Position numbers and translations under genes: made by a program
Part shown: piece by piece, positions 37,354 through 40,145 of the stretch
Numbering within the stretch: position 1 is the stretch's first letter
Layout: each line of letters starts with the position of its first letter
Origin: Phoronis australis
Taxonomy: Eukaryota > Animalia > Phoronida
Reading direction: 5' to 3'
NCBI GenBank assembly: GCA_002633005.1
Contig: NMRA01000092.1
Span: 325,903-366,047, forward strand
Length of the DNA stretch: 40,145 nt
Notes under the pieces: generated by a model
The model's database searches: none
What the model was told of the DNA's origin: nothing
Seen by the model: the letters and a program-made list of their open reading frames with translations, nothing else

Positions 37354-37620
37354 TTAGCCTTTAAACAAACCGGAATTGCAAAAATCTGATGGGATGGCAG
37401 CTGGAATCTGTAGGAAATGTTCAATAGAGCTGACTCGTGTCGAGCATTGGCAGGAAAGTGGTGGTTCTGTTGTATTGAAAACTTTGAACTTAACATTTTT
37501 GCCACGGTGTTTCGGAGCCTTGCTTCCTTTTTCGGTGGAAATGAAACGGCCAAAATTTTTTGACAAAATAAAGTTTCTACGATCACCGCGTTCGAGGTGA
37601 AATGACTCGCAACTTTTCAT
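37354..37620 (-). pseudogene. Possible second, highly decayed THAP-domain relic
   Basis: Frameshift-joined SFPPKKEARLR...KNVKFKVFNTTE...C...EHF...AIPSDF recalls the THAP FP...C..HF...AVPT pattern. Confidence 0.3.
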
Positions 37621-37813
37621 TTTGTTCCGCTTTCGACAGAGAACAGAAGAAAGACGCCAAGTCCATGTAACGTGCGTGCACTGCCAGGCAAAACCCTGTT
37701 ACAGTGTCTCCATATATGATTGCCTAATACGAGAAAAGTTCATTGTGCTGACACATTCAATCGCTATTGTCAGAGATACCGACTGACCTGAATTCCGCAA
37801 TCAACAAACACAC

Positions 37814-37900
37814 CTGAAACTGTGAACGTTTTCTCTCTTCATAGACGTCCTTTCCCAATTCCTTGATGTATATTTCTTCAGCACGATTGACCCACGACAT
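37814..37900 (-). CDS. Catalase-related allene oxide synthase-like protein, exon 1
   Basis: MSWVNRAEEIYIKELGKDVYEERKRSQFQ|gtgtgt, phase 0, joins PPPQW and parallels the recalled coral cAOS N-terminus (MTWKN...PPP). TATATA lies at 37941-37946. Confidence 0.78.
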
Positions 37901-38822
37901 TATGAGATTCAGTCAAACGACAGCACTGACTACCAGGTAGTATATAACGAGCCCAACCGTCTAACCTGTTGAAAACAAACACACATTTGCTGATCCAAAC
38001 GTACTTGAGTATATTATAACGAGATTATCACTTATGTCACCAACGAGTTTATACCTAAATCTGAAGCGGTAATGCAAACAAAGACCTAGTATTTAGAGTC
38101 CTACATCTAAAACGGCGAAACAACAAGTCTATTATGTTAAAAACTGGTCGTCTCCAGTGACTCATTAACTCGAGAAATATGAAATCGGTCACCCGATGAT
38201 GATCAATCTGACCTAGTTGCAAGATCATGTAATTGCGAAATAAACACATGAGCTACACTCTGGTCACCTTCCTTGACGGACACAATATTGCTAGTTGTGG
38301 GCTATCAAATCAATAGGGTTATCTGGTGCAGATGAGTACACATTGGTTCCAAAAACGGGACAATTGTAGACGATCAGCGTGTAGACATAAGCTGTAATAA
38401 AAATAGCACCACTTGCACGACGAGTGTCAGCATATAAACTAAGATAAAAATTGTTAAAGTCAAAGCTAAACACGAAAAGGTCACAGACATTACAGTACTA
38501 ACCACGGCTTAGGCAGCAAGCTTGAGTGATGCCAGAATGCACTGCTTCAACAGCGCCTGTCCCCTGTCGACATGAATTACGCACCTCCGTCGAAAGCCCT
38601 TTTGTGAATACGCAGACACGCGGCACAATGGGGCACTCAATCTGTGTACGATCATTCATAACAAGTTTTCCAAGTTACGCAGTATACGCAGGCCACGACC
38701 GGGGGTGCGTTGGTTGGTGTGGCTTGCACGGGAAGCGTGCCTGGGTGGACAAACAACTTGAATGTCATGAAGATTTTGTTGGATTTAATTGCCTGTCACA
38801 TATTGCTTCTGGAACAATATCG

Positions 38823-39353
38823 CATCCGACTTAATTATCTCGGGATCTCTAGATCCCGAGATAATTCTTTTCCTCGGGTTGTCGCTGTATACGTATACAG
38901 TCTTCTGGCGCGTCGCATTGCCACATCATTTCGATTGACAACAGTTCGTTTACACCAGACCCGTAAATCTGTTGTGGTGTGTCCTTTCCTCAGACCATGT
39001 TATCTGGACTATTGACAGATGGAAGTTCTAAACATAAGGGTGGTCATACCGTTTTGCTGCTATGGATGTGTCATGATAATTCTACCGTACATTACCTGTG
39101 GGTCAAGATTGTAGATGGCCTTGATTACTTGTTCTGATGATGTATGAGACATCGAAATCAGTTAAAGTTGAAAAAAATCTCGTTGTTTTATTAATATTGT
39201 CACTTACTTTTCTTCTTTGAGACCATAACGTCTCGGCTTCATGCCAAATAGGGTCGCATTTGCTTTTACACTCGGCTTCATGCCAAATAGGGTCGCATTT
39301 GCTTTTACAAACCGTTCGCTGAAAGTTGAGTCACCTATCTTGTTATGTAAAAT
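38823..39353 (-). mobile_element. Inverted, internally deleted copy 2 of the same element
   Basis: The reverse complement of 38962-39040 matches 32314-32392 (catctgtcaatagtccagataacatggtctgaggaaaggacac); it retains the VAMRRARRL codons. Confidence 0.8.
39232..39309. repeat. Perfect 39-bp tandem duplication
   Basis: ctcggcttcatgccaaatagggtcgcatttgcttttaca occurs twice. Confidence 0.9.
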
Positions 39354-40145
39354 GTGTTTTTATGAGGTACTAACTCTTTTCTTGTTGTGAAAATAAGAAA
39401 TAATCAATTCTACCAAATTTATAAAATTATTTAGTGAAGATTTTATATTTCGCCTGTGTTTCAAAAATAGTGAATCTGACGATTTTTCATTGCAAAATGA
39501 ATACTCTCACGTGAGCGTCTCCAAGAAGTAGGTCGCCACGATCAGTTTGTAAGGTTTCCACGTTCAAGGCTTCTTTAAGACTTTCACTAACATAGAGACT
39601 CCATCCATAGTCTGTACGATCGTGTCACGCAAACACCACTTGGCGAAGTTGGCTAAGTAAGGACCCATGCTTGAATCGGGAGCAACGGAAATTATTATTA
39701 ACTTTCCTCACCATTGTAGTTAGAAGCACCAGTAAATGCAACAATGTTGTAGTTCTTGTTCATCTATATTCTGTCTTTTACGGATAGGCTGGGGCTGTAC
39801 CTTTTCCGCGGACGAGGTATTTGAACGAACCCATCCCCCCAGCTATTAGTCGGTGGGCCAGAATTTGTAGGGCCTCTAGAAAATGGTTTTTGTGAGTACT
39901 TTAGGGGGGCAATTTTATTTTGGTGTTTTTTAATTCATTTATTAGAGTGTTTTCAAAATCTAAAAAGTTCCCACATATAAAGTTGCACATTTTTGAGAAA
40001 TTTGAGTTTGAAGTTACCTAATAATCACCAAAGAGCTTAGTAAACTTATATTTGTAAAAACAACAGTTTTGGTGACTTTTTTGTAAAACAAGTAATATGG
40101 TCCCATCAGTGCCATTGTATTGAACAATATTACACTCACATTACA

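Noticed and set aside
38291-38391. Exon-like segment upstream of AOS-like exon 1
   Set aside because: It has a good acceptor, but all three frames hit stops before a credible donor.
39133-39160. ctgatga...gaaa hammerhead-like string
   Set aside because: The stem II register does not fit, and the paralogous copy near 32200 lacks GAAA.

Overview
AT-rich metazoan genomic DNA with spliceosomal GT-AG introns. It is probably from a marine invertebrate, possibly a non-vertebrate deuterostome, but this is inferred only from gene and repeat content. Four protein-coding genes can be reconstructed, all on the minus strand. (1) The 5' part of neuralized: a 22-nt MGGNTSK micro-exon plus an NHR-domain exon. 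(2) A 4-exon, 679-aa divergent protein kinase with a long Ser-rich N-terminus. (3) An intronless 980-aa orphan protein built from a duplicated hydrophobic/acidic module and two arrays of a 13-aa G-D/N-G-D-P-G-H-D-T repeat. (4) A 5-exon, 361-aa stand-alone catalase-related allene oxide synthase-like hemoprotein with no fused lipoxygenase and altered distal-pocket residues. Introns and intergenic DNA are dense with transposon debris: nested foldback MITEs, THAP relics, a Penelope RT fragment, a Penelope-type hammerhead motif, an inverted pair of IS3EU-like fragments, and a satellite carrying CTCF-like motifs at about 145-bp spacing. One N at 30654 marks an assembly uncertainty. All homology statements come from recalled motifs, not from database searches.
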